From Pseudomonadota bacterium (GTDB taxonomy: Bacteria > Pseudomonadota > Alphaproteobacteria > Puniceispirillales > Marisalimonadaceae): DNA of 64,000 nucleotides. The notes below the pieces were generated by a model, which saw nothing but the letters and a program-made list of their open reading frames with translations, ran no database searches and had not been told where the DNA came from. The stretch's first letter is position 1. Each line of letters begins with the position of its first letter. Positions 22,320 to 32,196 of this stretch are shown piece after piece. Where the stretch lies: the NCBI GenBank assembly GCA_028382005.1, contig JAOESH010000001.1, positions 36,798 through 100,797 of the forward strand, read 5' to 3'. A program made the position numbers and the translations under genes.

Positions 22320-23237
22320 TTAATAATTTCTGTTTACAGTATATTTAGCTAAAGATACAAGGTTTTCTGTTCCATGTTGAAAATTTTGAATTATACTTAT
22401 TGCTGCTTTTGATACTTCTAAAGCTTTTTGAGCTGCTTTTTCTCTACCTAAAATTGTAACAAAATTTGGTGTCTCATTTTTATCATCTTGCATAATAGGT
22501 TTCCCCATTACTATTTCGTCACCTTCTTTATCTAATAAGTCGTCTGCTATTTGGAAAGCTAAACCTACATTACTTGCATAATTTATAAGTTTTTCTTTTT
22601 GTTTATAATTAACATTTAATAAAATAGACGCTACATGAGAGCAACTTGAAATTAATGCTCCCGTTTTATTATTTTGAATCCATTCAATTTGCTCTAAGCC
22701 TAAGCTACTTTTAGTATTTAAATCCATATCAGCTTGTTGTCCACCAACCATTCCATATGGCCCTATCGCTTTTGCTAAGACATAACAAATTTCAGACCTT
22801 TTTCTAGGATCTCTAATTAAACTACAATCTGCTATAATTTGAAAAGCCCAACTTAACAAGGCATCTCCTGCTAGAATAGCCGTATGCGTATCAAACTTAA
22901 TATGGCTAGAAGGTTTCCCTCTTCTTGTAGAAGAATTATCCATGGCAGGCAAATCATCATGTATTAGAGAATACGTATGAATAGCTTCTATAGCAGAAGC
23001 TACAGCAACCAATTCGTCATATTCTGATTTTGAAAATTTTTGATTATTGATGATACTTAAAAACTTTCCAGATTCAACAACCAAATAAGCTCTAATTTTT
23101 TTTCCACTATTAATTGAAGAGTATCTCATTGCTTTAAAAAGTTTTGAATTTAAGTTATCTCCAGATGGTAAATGATTATCTAAAAACTGGTCAATTACGT
23201 GAGAATTTTTTTTAAGTTTATCTATAAAATCAATCAT
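22320..23237 (-). CDS. ispA: Farnesyl diphosphate synthase / polyprenyl synthetase
   Basis: SLIHDDLPAMD..RRGKP and FQIADDLLD; xseB-ispA-dxs synteny. Confidence 0.92.
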   Translation of the reverse strand: MIDFIDKLKKNSHVIDQFLDNHLPSGDNLNSKLFKAMRYSSINSGKKIRAYLVVESGKFLSIINNQKFSKSEYDELVAVASAIEAIHTYSLIHDDLPAMDNSSTRRGKPSSHIKFDTHTAILAGDALLSWAFQIIADCSLIRDPRKRSEICYVLAKAIGPYGMVGGQQADMDLNTKSSLGLEQIEWIQNNKTGALISSCSHVASILLNVNYKQKEKLINYASNVGLAFQIADDLLDKEGDEIVMGKPIMQDDKNETPNFVTILGREKAAQKALEVSKAAISIIQNFQHGTENLVSLAKYTVNRNY

Positions 23238-23264
23238 AAAGGTATACTTCTATCTAAAAGATAA

Positions 23265-23519
23265 TTATTCAGAATCAAAAGAAGTTAATTTATCTGGAAC
23301 AACATCTGAATTATCTGATGATTGGATAGTTTCAACTTTCATTTTAGCTTCATTAAGTTTTTTTTGACAATGATCTTTTAACTGAGAACCTTTATCATAT
23401 GCTGCTATTGCTTGATCGAGAGAGATATCTCCTTTGTCAAGAGATTCAACAAGATTTTCTAATTCATTCATAGCTTCTTCAAAAGTCATTTTGTCTAGCA
23501 TGTTATCATTATTCATCAA
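23265..23519 (-). CDS. xseB: Exodeoxyribonuclease VII small subunit
   Basis: TFEEAMNELE.LV..L..G.ISLDQAI..Y.KG..L...C...L. Confidence 0.93.
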   Translation of the reverse strand: MMNNDNMLDKMTFEEAMNELENLVESLDKGDISLDQAIAAYDKGSQLKDHCQKKLNEAKMKVETIQSSDNSDVVPDKLTSFDSE

Positions 23520-23592
23520 CCAAGCACCTACATTAAATTGAAGATTTTAATATTTTTAAAAAGTAACTGTTCATTCAAATTTAATCAATAAA

Positions 23593-24537
23593 TTACTTAA
23601 TCATATGAAGTGCGTTTATTAACTTTCTTCCTATACTAACCTCAAAAGCTGAGTGACCAGCATCTTCAACAATTTGAATTGTTGAAGCATCCCAAATTCT
23701 AGATAGGTGTAAAGCACTAAATGGTGGACATATTACATCATGCCTACCTTGGACTATAACTGCAGGTATCTTTGCAATTTTATGAATATTTGAAACAATA
23801 AAATTGTCTTTTATAAAGCAATTATTAATAAAATAATGCGTTTCTATTTTTGCAATAGCTAGTGCATTCTCCCCAGATACTGGTCTTTCAACATACTCTA
23901 ATGATGAACAAGAGTTTTCATACTCTGCCCAAACTGATGCAGCCTTAAGGCTAAGAGATCTATTATTTGTTCTAAGTTGTTGATAAAACCATTCGAGCAC
24001 ATTATTTCTATGTGTTATTGGAACATGTGATATAAATTTGTTATAAGCCTCTGGAAAAAACTTTCTTATGTCATATAAAAACCAATTTATTTCATCAATA
24101 GTACCTAAAAAAATACCCCTAAGAATAAAGCCTAAGCATCTTTGTGGAAAATGAATACCATACAGTAAAGCAAGAGTACTTCCCCAAGAACCTCCAAAAA
24201 GATACCAGTGATCTATTTTTAAAAAGTTTCTTAGACTTTCAATGTCTGCAATAAGAGTTTCAGTGTTATTATTATCAGTCTCTGCATATGGAATACTTTT
24301 TCCAGAACCTCTTTGATCAAAAAAAATTACTTTAAAGATTTTTGGATCAAAAAAAGCTTTGTGAGAACTGGAAAAACCAGCTCCAGGGCCACCATGAAGA
24401 AACAAAACTGGTTTTCCATCAGGGTTTCCATATTGTTCATAATATATCTTATGACCATTTTTTACATCTAGATAACCTTCTTGAAAAGATGGTAAACATT
24501 CAAAGAGGAAATTAGATTTTTGCTTAATAGTTATCAT
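23593..24537 (-). CDS. pip: Prolyl aminopeptidase
   Basis: LHGGPG, FDQRGSG.S, GGSWGS nucleophile, QGRHD, AGHS. Confidence 0.92.
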   Translation of the reverse strand: MITIKQKSNFLFECLPSFQEGYLDVKNGHKIYYEQYGNPDGKPVLFLHGGPGAGFSSSHKAFFDPKIFKVIFFDQRGSGKSIPYAETDNNNTETLIADIESLRNFLKIDHWYLFGGSWGSTLALLYGIHFPQRCLGFILRGIFLGTIDEINWFLYDIRKFFPEAYNKFISHVPITHRNNVLEWFYQQLRTNNRSLSLKAASVWAEYENSCSSLEYVERPVSGENALAIAKIETHYFINNCFIKDNFIVSNIHKIAKIPAVIVQGRHDVICPPFSALHLSRIWDASTIQIVEDAGHSAFEVSIGRKLINALHMIK

Positions 24538-24564
24538 TAATAAAAAAAATTAAACTAAACAAGA

Positions 24565-25089
24565 CTAAGCAGCTTCTTCAGTATTATCATAAATAATTTT
24601 TTCTAACTTTAAAACTGCACTATCTTTATCTGTATTATCAACTGCTGCAAACTCACTAGCTAAACGCTCTAAAGCTGCTTGATACATCTGTCTTTCAGAG
24701 TACGATTGTTCTCCTTGATCGTCTTTACGAAAAAGATCTCTTACAACCTCAGCAATAGAGACAAGACTTCCAGAGTTAATTTTAGTTTCATACTCTTGAG
24801 CTCTTCTTGACCACATTGTTTTTTTAACTTTAGCTTTACCTCTAAGGGTAACAACGGCTTCTTCCATCTGAACTTTACTTGACAAAGTCCTTAGACCAAA
24901 TTCGGTTGCCTTTGACAAAGGAACTCTCAATGTCATTCTTTCATGTTCAAAACGAATGATTAATAACTCTAAATCAATTTCTTCGACTTTTCGTTTTTCG
25001 GTTCCAATAATTTTACCAACTCCGTGACTAGGATAAACTACGAAATCACCAGGAATGAATGTATTGATTAAGTTTAGATCTTTAGACAC
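24565..25089 (-). CDS. carD: CarD family transcriptional regulator
   Basis: VVYPSHGVG, MWSRRAQEYETKINSG, EVVRDL, SYSERQ; GTG start. Confidence 0.93.
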   Translation of the reverse strand: MSKDLNLINTFIPGDFVVYPSHGVGKIIGTEKRKVEEIDLELLIIRFEHERMTLRVPLSKATEFGLRTLSSKVQMEEAVVTLRGKAKVKKTMWSRRAQEYETKINSGSLVSIAEVVRDLFRKDDQGEQSYSERQMYQAALERLASEFAAVDNTDKDSAVLKLEKIIYDNTEEAA

Positions 25090-25209
25090 TTTAATTCACC
25101 TCAAATGTTAGAATAACAGAAAATTTAGTTCAATTAATTATTAACAAAAAATTTATAACATATTTTAGCTTAAATAACCAGAAGTAAAGAAATTCAAGTT
25201 ATTTTAGAT

Positions 25210-25545
25210 TTATATTTCTCCAGGATTTTTAGAGCCATATTTCTTATATTTACCTTCCTCGTCTGCATATTTTTCAGCATCAGGCATAGGATCAATTTTC
25301 ATAGTAATATTAGGCCAAATTTCTGACATTTCTTTATTATATTCTAACCATTCATCAGCACCTGGATCCGTATCAGATTGAATTGCATCAACAGGACATT
25401 CAGGTTCACACACCCCACAGTCAATGCATTCATCAGGATGAATAACAATTGTATTCTCACCTATATAGAAACAATCAACTGGGCACACTTCTACACAATC
25501 GGTGTGTCTACAATTAATACATTTATCGTTAACAATATACGTCAT
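25210..25545 (-). CDS. fdxA: 7Fe/8Fe ferredoxin
   Basis: [18 protein letters not shown] and [12 protein letters not shown]. Confidence 0.93.
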   Translation of the reverse strand: MTYIVNDKCINCRHTDCVEVCPVDCFYIGENTIVIHPDECIDCGVCEPECPVDAIQSDTDPGADEWLEYNKEMSEIWPNITMKIDPMPDAEKYADEEGKYKKYGSKNPGEI

Positions 25546-25616
25546 AATATTCCAAAAGTTTCATAGCATTATTTAAACTACAAAAACTTGGATTACAAGT
25601 CAGATCTTAATTAAAA

Positions 25617-26012
25617 TCAATCTCTACCCATCAATTTATCAGTCTGCCGCCGTTCTAATTTTGTTGGACGCCCTACCCTTTTAACGAAATTCATTTGAGA
25701 ATCTTTATTAGTTATAATTTCTTTTTTTTCTATGGGCGTTAAATCCTCGTAATAAAGTACTGATTCTAAAAAAGAGCCTCTTCTGTAAGGTATATCAGTG
25801 ATTTTTATAATTTTCACCTTGTCATTAATTGGTAATGTCAAGACATTATCTATTGAAACTAATTTATGCGGTTTTTGAGTAACTTGCCCAGATACACGTA
25901 TTCGATTTGAACTTATGAACTTAGTCGCCAAATTTCTACTTTTAAACAATCTAATGTAAAACAAGTAAAGATCTAGCCTTACAGTTTTTTTTTCCAATAT
26001 CTCTGTCGTCAT
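25617..26012 (-). CDS. RNA-binding S4 domain protein (Hsp15-like)
   Basis: RLDLYL..IRLFKSR.LA, GRPTKLERR. Confidence 0.88.
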   Translation of the reverse strand: MTTEILEKKTVRLDLYLFYIRLFKSRNLATKFISSNRIRVSGQVTQKPHKLVSIDNVLTLPINDKVKIIKITDIPYRRGSFLESVLYYEDLTPIEKKEIITNKDSQMNFVKRVGRPTKLERRQTDKLMGRD

Positions 26013-26017
26013 CTAAT

Positions 26018-28702
26018 TTATTTAATTTTTATAGATTTCAAAATTGCAAATGGAGATAGAGGATCTAATGGCTTGTCTAGCTTTTTATTTTTTAAATTAT
26101 TTTTTGTACTCATTTTCAAATTTTGTTTCTTTTTTGCTGAAGGATTAACTATATTATTATTATTATTTTTCTTCTTCTGTCTTTCAAAAATATTAATTGG
26201 GATTTGATCAACTAAAGTAGATGGCTCCTCACCAACTTTAATATAGCCTAAATCATACAACATTCCTTCCATTTGAATTTTTGTAGATCCAGAAATAGAT
26301 AACATAGCATCATTTATTTTAAATTTACCTATTCTCGCTTCTACTCTGATTAAGGCTGAAAGTCTTTCCGCAATATCTGCCCTTAGAGCCAAATTGCCTA
26401 GAGGCACAAAGCCTAATGCTCTATAGTAATCATGGTTGATATCAGAGCCAACTACAACACTGACACGACCATCTGGTGGAGGACCAAGTTCAGGAAAACT
26501 GTTATTATAAACAGACCATAGAAGTGCACGTAGACTTATGGATAAAGGCTTCAGAAGATTAGGTAAATATATAGTTTCAACCCCTAACCTTAAACCTAAT
26601 CTTGCTAAATTTCTTTTATCACTCTCAGAAAGATTTGTTACTGACATTGATAAATTGCTCGTTTTAGCAGACCCCATACCTTCATACACTTGGTAAGCTA
26701 TTCCTAGAGCTTTTCCTGATAAATCGTTATTAATTACTGTATCATCATTTGTTATAATATTTTTACTATACTTAATAGTATCAGTTTCTATGTTTTTTTC
26801 ATTTTTATCTGAGTTAACTAACTTGCCTATAAGAGGCTTTTCAAGGTTAATTGCCTCAGACAAAGTATCTTTAATATTTTTTTCAACTGCTTCATTTATC
26901 CTCAATTCAATTTGTTTTAAGTGATCGTCAGATAATAGTGCAGAATTATTAACACTTATTTTAGGTGAATATAAATTTTCACCATGAACCAGTTTTGCGA
27001 CTTTATTATTTTGCCATTTGATGGAACCTTCGACGTTAAATTTAAAAGCAGCGTTATCTGACATTAAAAGTTCTCGAACTCGTCTTTCAATCTCCCTAGG
27101 TAAAATTTTTCTTGCCGCTGTTAAAATAGGCGCTGGCTTTTCACCTTCAGACAAAGAGGGTAGAAAATCAAAACCATTGAGAGTACCAACCTCTTCATCT
27201 TCAACAAAAACTTTTCCGTCTAATCTTACTACTGCTTCCAAATTATTATGCTCTTTCAATGTTTTGTTTAATATTACAATTCTTTTATCTACAAATCTTT
27301 GTGTTAGTCTATCATGCAACTCATCAGACAATTTATCTTCGATAACTTTAGTATGATTTTGCCAATATTCAGCTTCATCTAACCAATTTTTTCTATTTGT
27401 TATAAATGTCCAAGTCCTAATATTAGATATTCTATTTAATAATGTATCAATTTCTCCATCAACTCTATCATGCCTAGCAATTTGTGACTTTATCCAATCA
27501 TTATCTAACTTTCCTTTCAATAATAATTCAAAAGTTTTTTCTAGCAAGTTAAAATGCATGCCTGATAAGGAATTACTGAAATCAGGAATCTGACAAACAT
27601 TCCATAATAAAGACAAAGTTTCTTTGCTATCAATTTTGTTTTTTATAGAATCAAGTTCTGACAAATGGTTTAAACAAAGAGCATCTAAAGCACCAACTTT
27701 TTTTCGCATAAAGTTAAAGGGGGGAGAAGCCTCTAAAGAATTCATCAATTTATTCAAAGAATTAAAGTTTAATTTTGTATTTCTCCACCATATATTTCTT
27801 AATGAGGCGAAAAAGTGAGTTTCAATTTGATCAATAGTATCTTCTTCAAAATTTAAATTATCTTCAACTACTCCAAATGTACCATTACGGCTATGACGTC
27901 CTGCTCTCCCTGCTATTTGGGCAATTTCTGGAGCTGTTAGATGCCTTGGAAAATTTCCATCAAATTTTATATCAGAAGCAAAAGCAACATGATCAATGTC
28001 CATATTCAAACCCATACCTATTGCATCTGTTGCAATCAAATAATCAACTTGTCCATTTTGATAAAGTTCTACTTGAGAATTTCTTGTTCTTGGTGACAAA
28101 GCACCCATAACTATTGCTGCACCTCCTTTTTTAGTTCTTATAAGCTCAGCAATTCTATAAACTTCTGGAACTGAAAACGCAACCACAGCTGACCTAGGCT
28201 TTAACCTAGTTATTTTTTTTACACCTATATAACTTAAAGTAGATAACCTAGGTCTTATTTTTACTACACAATTTGGTAACATTTTTTGCAACAAAGGCCT
28301 TATGGTTTCTGCTCCAAGAAAAACCGTTTCTTCTGTTCCTCTAGCGTTAAGAATTCTATCTGTAAAAATATGTCCTCTTTCAGGATCAGCAGCTAATTGA
28401 ATTTCATCTATTGATACAAAGGAAAAAGACCTTTCTAATGGCATCGATTCTACTGTACAGCAAAAATATTTAGCTCGTGGTGGAATAATTTTTTCTTCAC
28501 CTGTAACTAAAGCCACATTTTCTTTACCAACTTGAATTACTGCTTTGTCGTAATTTTCTCTGGCTAAAAGCCTTAAAGGGAAGCCAATAATTCCAGAGCT
28601 ATGAGAAAGCATCCTATCCATTGCATAATAGGTTTTACCAGTATTAGTTGGGCCTAATAGTGCTTTAACAAACGTGTCTTTATGAATGTTTTTAGGTAAC
28701 AT
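26018..28702 (-). CDS. Suv3-like SF2 helicase (MgpS-type)
   Basis: GPTNTGKT, DEIQ, ATDAIGMGLN, QIAGRAGR; conserved helicase-S4-fdxA-carD order. Confidence 0.9.
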   Translation of the reverse strand: MLPKNIHKDTFVKALLGPTNTGKTYYAMDRMLSHSSGIIGFPLRLLARENYDKAVIQVGKENVALVTGEEKIIPPRAKYFCCTVESMPLERSFSFVSIDEIQLAADPERGHIFTDRILNARGTEETVFLGAETIRPLLQKMLPNCVVKIRPRLSTLSYIGVKKITRLKPRSAVVAFSVPEVYRIAELIRTKKGGAAIVMGALSPRTRNSQVELYQNGQVDYLIATDAIGMGLNMDIDHVAFASDIKFDGNFPRHLTAPEIAQIAGRAGRHSRNGTFGVVEDNLNFEEDTIDQIETHFFASLRNIWWRNTKLNFNSLNKLMNSLEASPPFNFMRKKVGALDALCLNHLSELDSIKNKIDSKETLSLLWNVCQIPDFSNSLSGMHFNLLEKTFELLLKGKLDNDWIKSQIARHDRVDGEIDTLLNRISNIRTWTFITNRKNWLDEAEYWQNHTKVIEDKLSDELHDRLTQRFVDKRIVILNKTLKEHNNLEAVVRLDGKVFVEDEEVGTLNGFDFLPSLSEGEKPAPILTAARKILPREIERRVRELLMSDNAAFKFNVEGSIKWQNNKVAKLVHGENLYSPKISVNNSALLSDDHLKQIELRINEAVEKNIKDTLSEAINLEKPLIGKLVNSDKNEKNIETDTIKYSKNIITNDDTVINNDLSGKALGIAYQVYEGMGSAKTSNLSMSVTNLSESDKRNLARLGLRLGVETIYLPNLLKPLSISLRALLWSVYNNSFPELGPPPDGRVSVVVGSDINHDYYRALGFVPLGNLALRADIAERLSALIRVEARIGKFKINDAMLSISGSTKIQMEGMLYDLGYIKVGEEPSTLVDQIPINIFERQKKKNNNNNIVNPSAKKKQNLKMSTKNNLKNKKLDKPLDPLSPFAILKSIKIK

Positions 28703-28882
28703 ATTGGTAATTTTCTTTTTACTTAAATTGATTAGGCTTGTTATATTTTAAAGATATTGATCATCCAAGTTCAATGTTAATGTTTGAGCAATTTAACCTA
28801 ACATTATCTTATAAATTTAATAGATACTTTTAAAAAAAATCAATATAATGAAAAATTATTAAATAAATTTCTGGAGAAAAGT

Positions 28883-29662
28883 ATGTCTGGTCAAAAACGT
28901 AAAGCTATAATTACAGGAGGAAGTAAAGGTATAGGTAAAGCAATAGCTGAACGTTTTGCTAAAGAAGGTGTTGATATTTACTTACTTGCTTCAAATAAGG
29001 AAAATCTATCTAAGACTACATCTGAATTAAAAAATCAATATAAGGTTAATATTCAATATCACGCATCTAATCTAAAAACTAAAGAAGGTTGTGATAGTGC
29101 AATCAATATTATTGAAAATGAATTTCAGAATTTTGATACATTAATTTTCAGTGCTGGAGCTACAAAGAGTGGTGATTTCCTTAAACAACCAATTGAAGAT
29201 TTTGAAGATGGTTTTGCTCTAAAGTTTTATAGTGCTGTTAGATTATCCAAAGCATTTTGGCCAACTTTGTCAAAAAATAAAGGATGGATTGTTTCCATTA
29301 ATGGAGCGATGAGCCACTCTCCAGACTCATTTTTTATGGTTGGAGGAGCTGTAAATGCAGCATTTTTAAATTTTTCAAAAGCTTTGTCGAAAAGAGGATT
29401 AGTTGATGGGGTGAATGTTAATTCAATTAATCCTGGAATGACATCAACAGACCGACTGATAACTATTATTCAAAGTAACGCAGACAGAGAAGGAATTAGT
29501 TTTGCCGAAGCAGAAAAAAAAGCTTTAGAAAATATTGGACTGGATAGATTTGGTACTCCTGAAGAAGTTGCTGAATTAACTTATTTTCTTTGTAATCCGA
29601 ACATGCGTCATCTTACTGGAACTGAAATTAATCTTGATGGCGGAAAGAAGACGACTATTTAA
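28883..29662 (+). CDS. SDR family oxidoreductase (atypical, no YxxxK)
   Basis: TGGSKGIG Rossmann motif, VNSINPG, TG..I.LDGG; GGAVNAA at the catalytic position. Confidence 0.85.
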   Translation: MSGQKRKAIITGGSKGIGKAIAERFAKEGVDIYLLASNKENLSKTTSELKNQYKVNIQYHASNLKTKEGCDSAINIIENEFQNFDTLIFSAGATKSGDFLKQPIEDFEDGFALKFYSAVRLSKAFWPTLSKNKGWIVSINGAMSHSPDSFFMVGGAVNAAFLNFSKALSKRGLVDGVNVNSINPGMTSTDRLITIIQSNADREGISFAEAEKKALENIGLDRFGTPEEVAELTYFLCNPNMRHLTGTEINLDGGKKTTI

Positions 29663-29681
29663 AAATAAGGTAATTTAAAAA

Positions 29682-31340
29682 ATGACTAAAAAAGCTGCTT
29701 CCGTTTTTGTTCAAACCCTTAAAAATCATGGTGTTGATAGATTTTTTTGTGTGCCTGGCGAATCATATTTATCAGTAATGGATGAATTACTATATTCTCC
29801 TGGCATAGAGGTTGTTACTTGTCGGCACGAGGGTGGAGCTGGATTTATGGCTGTTGCTGATGCTAAATGCACAGGCAAAGCAGGAGTAGCTTTTGTAAGC
29901 AGGGGTCCTGGCGCAACTAACGCATCTATCTCTGTCCACTCGGCTCAACAAGGTGGTATTCCTATGGTTCTTTTTATTGGCCAGATAAATAGGATCAGTA
30001 CAGGTAAAATGCATTTACAAGAAATGGATTTCATTAAAACATTTTCTGACATGGCAAAGCACGTTGAACAAATTAATACACCAAGCGAAATTGCAAATGT
30101 AACTGCAAGAGCTTTTCATATAGCCGAAAGTGGTATTCCTGGACCAGTCGTTATAGCAATACCAACTGATGTACTAGAGGCTAAAGTTGAAATCAATGAT
30201 GTAAAACAAATCAAGATAAATCCACCATTAGCTTTTCCTGACAAAGTTAGAGAAGTCTCTAGCATTTTATCAAATGCCAAAAAACCTATATTAGTTGTTG
30301 GCGGACAAATTCATACATCTAATAAAGCTAGAGAACTTGTCAAAACCGTTGCTGAAAAACATAATTTACCAGTTTTATGTACTTATGAACATCAAGATAT
30401 TCTTTCTCATAATCACGCTAGTTACGCAGGAGAACTAGGGTTAAGACCACCAGAACCAATAAGGAAGAATGCATTAGAAGCAGATGTTGTTTTAGTAATA
30501 GGTCATAGATTTAATGGTGTACCAAATATGGCATATAAATTTCCAACACCAGATCAGACTTTTATTCATGTTTTACCTGACCCCAATACAATAGGTAAAA
30601 TTTTTAGAACAGATTTGAGTCTAGTTGCTGATAGTGAAAATTTTTTAGAACAATTATTAGAAATTGAAAATAAAAATGATAATGATGGTAGAAAAGAATG
30701 GATCAATTTATGTCATCAACGTTACTTGAAAAATAATGCAACACTTCCTCCAAGAAATGCAAATGATGGACTTGACTTTGCACATTTAATTGACGGTTTG
30801 GGTAAACTTGCACCTGAGGATTCTATAATAACAAATGATGCAGGTAACTTTACTAGTTGGATGCATCATAGATTTCCATTTAGATCTTCAATGAAATTAA
30901 TTGGATCTGAAATTGGGGCTATGGGTATGGGTATTCCAGCAGGAATAGCAGCCGCTCTTAGATTTCCAGACAGACAAGTTTTTTCACTAGTTGGAGATGG
31001 AGGAGCCTTAATGACAGGCTCTGAACTAGCGACTGCGGTAGCTCAAAAAGCAAAAATAAGAGTGATAGTTGCAAATAATCAACATTACGGAACAATTAGA
31101 TATCATCAAGAACTACATTTTCCAAGTAGAGATCATTACGCTACAAATTTAGTAAATCCTAACTTTGCAAAGTATGGTGAGAGTTTTGGCCTAGAATGTT
31201 TCACTATTGAAAAAATTGAAGAAGTTATACCTACATTAAAAAAGGCTATGAACGTCAATGGTCCATCATTAATAGAATTTAAAATGAGTTTAGAGCTTAA
31301 TACAAGCACAACAACAATTACTGAACTCCAAATGAGATAA
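29682..31340 (+). CDS. Thiamine-diphosphate-dependent enzyme (acetolactate synthase-like, substrate unknown)
   Basis: CVPGESYL, CRHEGGA, RGPGATN, GDGG...NN ThDP motif. Confidence 0.88.
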   Translation: MTKKAASVFVQTLKNHGVDRFFCVPGESYLSVMDELLYSPGIEVVTCRHEGGAGFMAVADAKCTGKAGVAFVSRGPGATNASISVHSAQQGGIPMVLFIGQINRISTGKMHLQEMDFIKTFSDMAKHVEQINTPSEIANVTARAFHIAESGIPGPVVIAIPTDVLEAKVEINDVKQIKINPPLAFPDKVREVSSILSNAKKPILVVGGQIHTSNKARELVKTVAEKHNLPVLCTYEHQDILSHNHASYAGELGLRPPEPIRKNALEADVVLVIGHRFNGVPNMAYKFPTPDQTFIHVLPDPNTIGKIFRTDLSLVADSENFLEQLLEIENKNDNDGRKEWINLCHQRYLKNNATLPPRNANDGLDFAHLIDGLGKLAPEDSIITNDAGNFTSWMHHRFPFRSSMKLIGSEIGAMGMGIPAGIAAALRFPDRQVFSLVGDGGALMTGSELATAVAQKAKIRVIVANNQHYGTIRYHQELHFPSRDHYATNLVNPNFAKYGESFGLECFTIEKIEEVIPTLKKAMNVNGPSLIEFKMSLELNTSTTTITELQMR

Positions 31341-31349
31341 ATTATTACA

Positions 31350-32195
31350 TTATTGTTGAGGTGCGTTAATAATAGTAAAAAATCCTGAAAAAGGTCCTGA
31401 CCCGCCTCCACCATTTGGATTATTATTAGGTCTACTGGCACCAGTAAACATTTGAGCACCATATCCAGTTACGTTAAATGTAAATTTAAAATTCATCACA
31501 GATGGATTAATAACTAGTGCAGTATCTAATTCCATTACACCAACTATCCTATCAACATTAGTGCATTCTCCACCGCTATCTTCACTAGAACCATCTCTTT
31601 TATCTAAGGTTGACGCTTGCATAAGGTAGCCATTTAATAATCCACCTTCAAATCTTGCTCCCAAGTATTCACCATCACAATCTCCTGATGAAGCAAATTG
31701 TACTAAAGTACCATCACATTCTTGTGCTGGTCCAGTGGTATTGACTGCATCGCAAGCACTTCCACTTTTTCTAACGTAATAAGTTGTTCCACCTCTTTCA
31801 AACTCCGCTTTAATGGTAAATACGTTTTTTAAAATTATGTACGGAAATTTATAGGTTCCATTTGCTGGTCGAGCAGAGGTACCTACTAGAGCCGCATCGC
31901 CAAGGGCAAAATCATGTGCAGAACCGTTTGTTGTGTCGGTAGCTGTAAAAACTTTAGTACAAGTAGATCTATCTAAAGCGGCACCCGACATAGGATTAAC
32001 TGTACAGAGACCCATCTCAAAAACATTTGCCTTATAGGATTGTGGAGTAAAGCGACATGCAGTGGCAGAGCCAGTAAATAAATGAGTGTCACCATCACAA
32101 GCTTTAACATCTTCAGCTGAAACGGCAAACGCATTTGAAGACATAAACAAAAGTGATATAATTGATAAAGATATTATTTTTAATAATTTTAACAT
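31350..32195 (-). CDS. Secreted cysteine-rich beta-rich protein of unknown function
   Basis: ATG at 32195 with GGAGGT RBS inside the upstream gene's last codons; Sec signal ending AFA; 8 Cys; G/T/S/A-rich; C-terminal GGGGSGPFSGFFTII. Confidence 0.8.
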   Translation of the reverse strand: MLKLLKIISLSIISLLFMSSNAFAVSAEDVKACDGDTHLFTGSATACRFTPQSYKANVFEMGLCTVNPMSGAALDRSTCTKVFTATDTTNGSAHDFALGDAALVGTSARPANGTYKFPYIILKNVFTIKAEFERGGTTYYVRKSGSACDAVNTTGPAQECDGTLVQFASSGDCDGEYLGARFEGGLLNGYLMQASTLDKRDGSSEDSGGECTNVDRIVGVMELDTALVINPSVMNFKFTFNVTGYGAQMFTGASRPNNNPNGGGGSGPFSGFFTIINAPQQ

Positions 32196-32196
32196 A

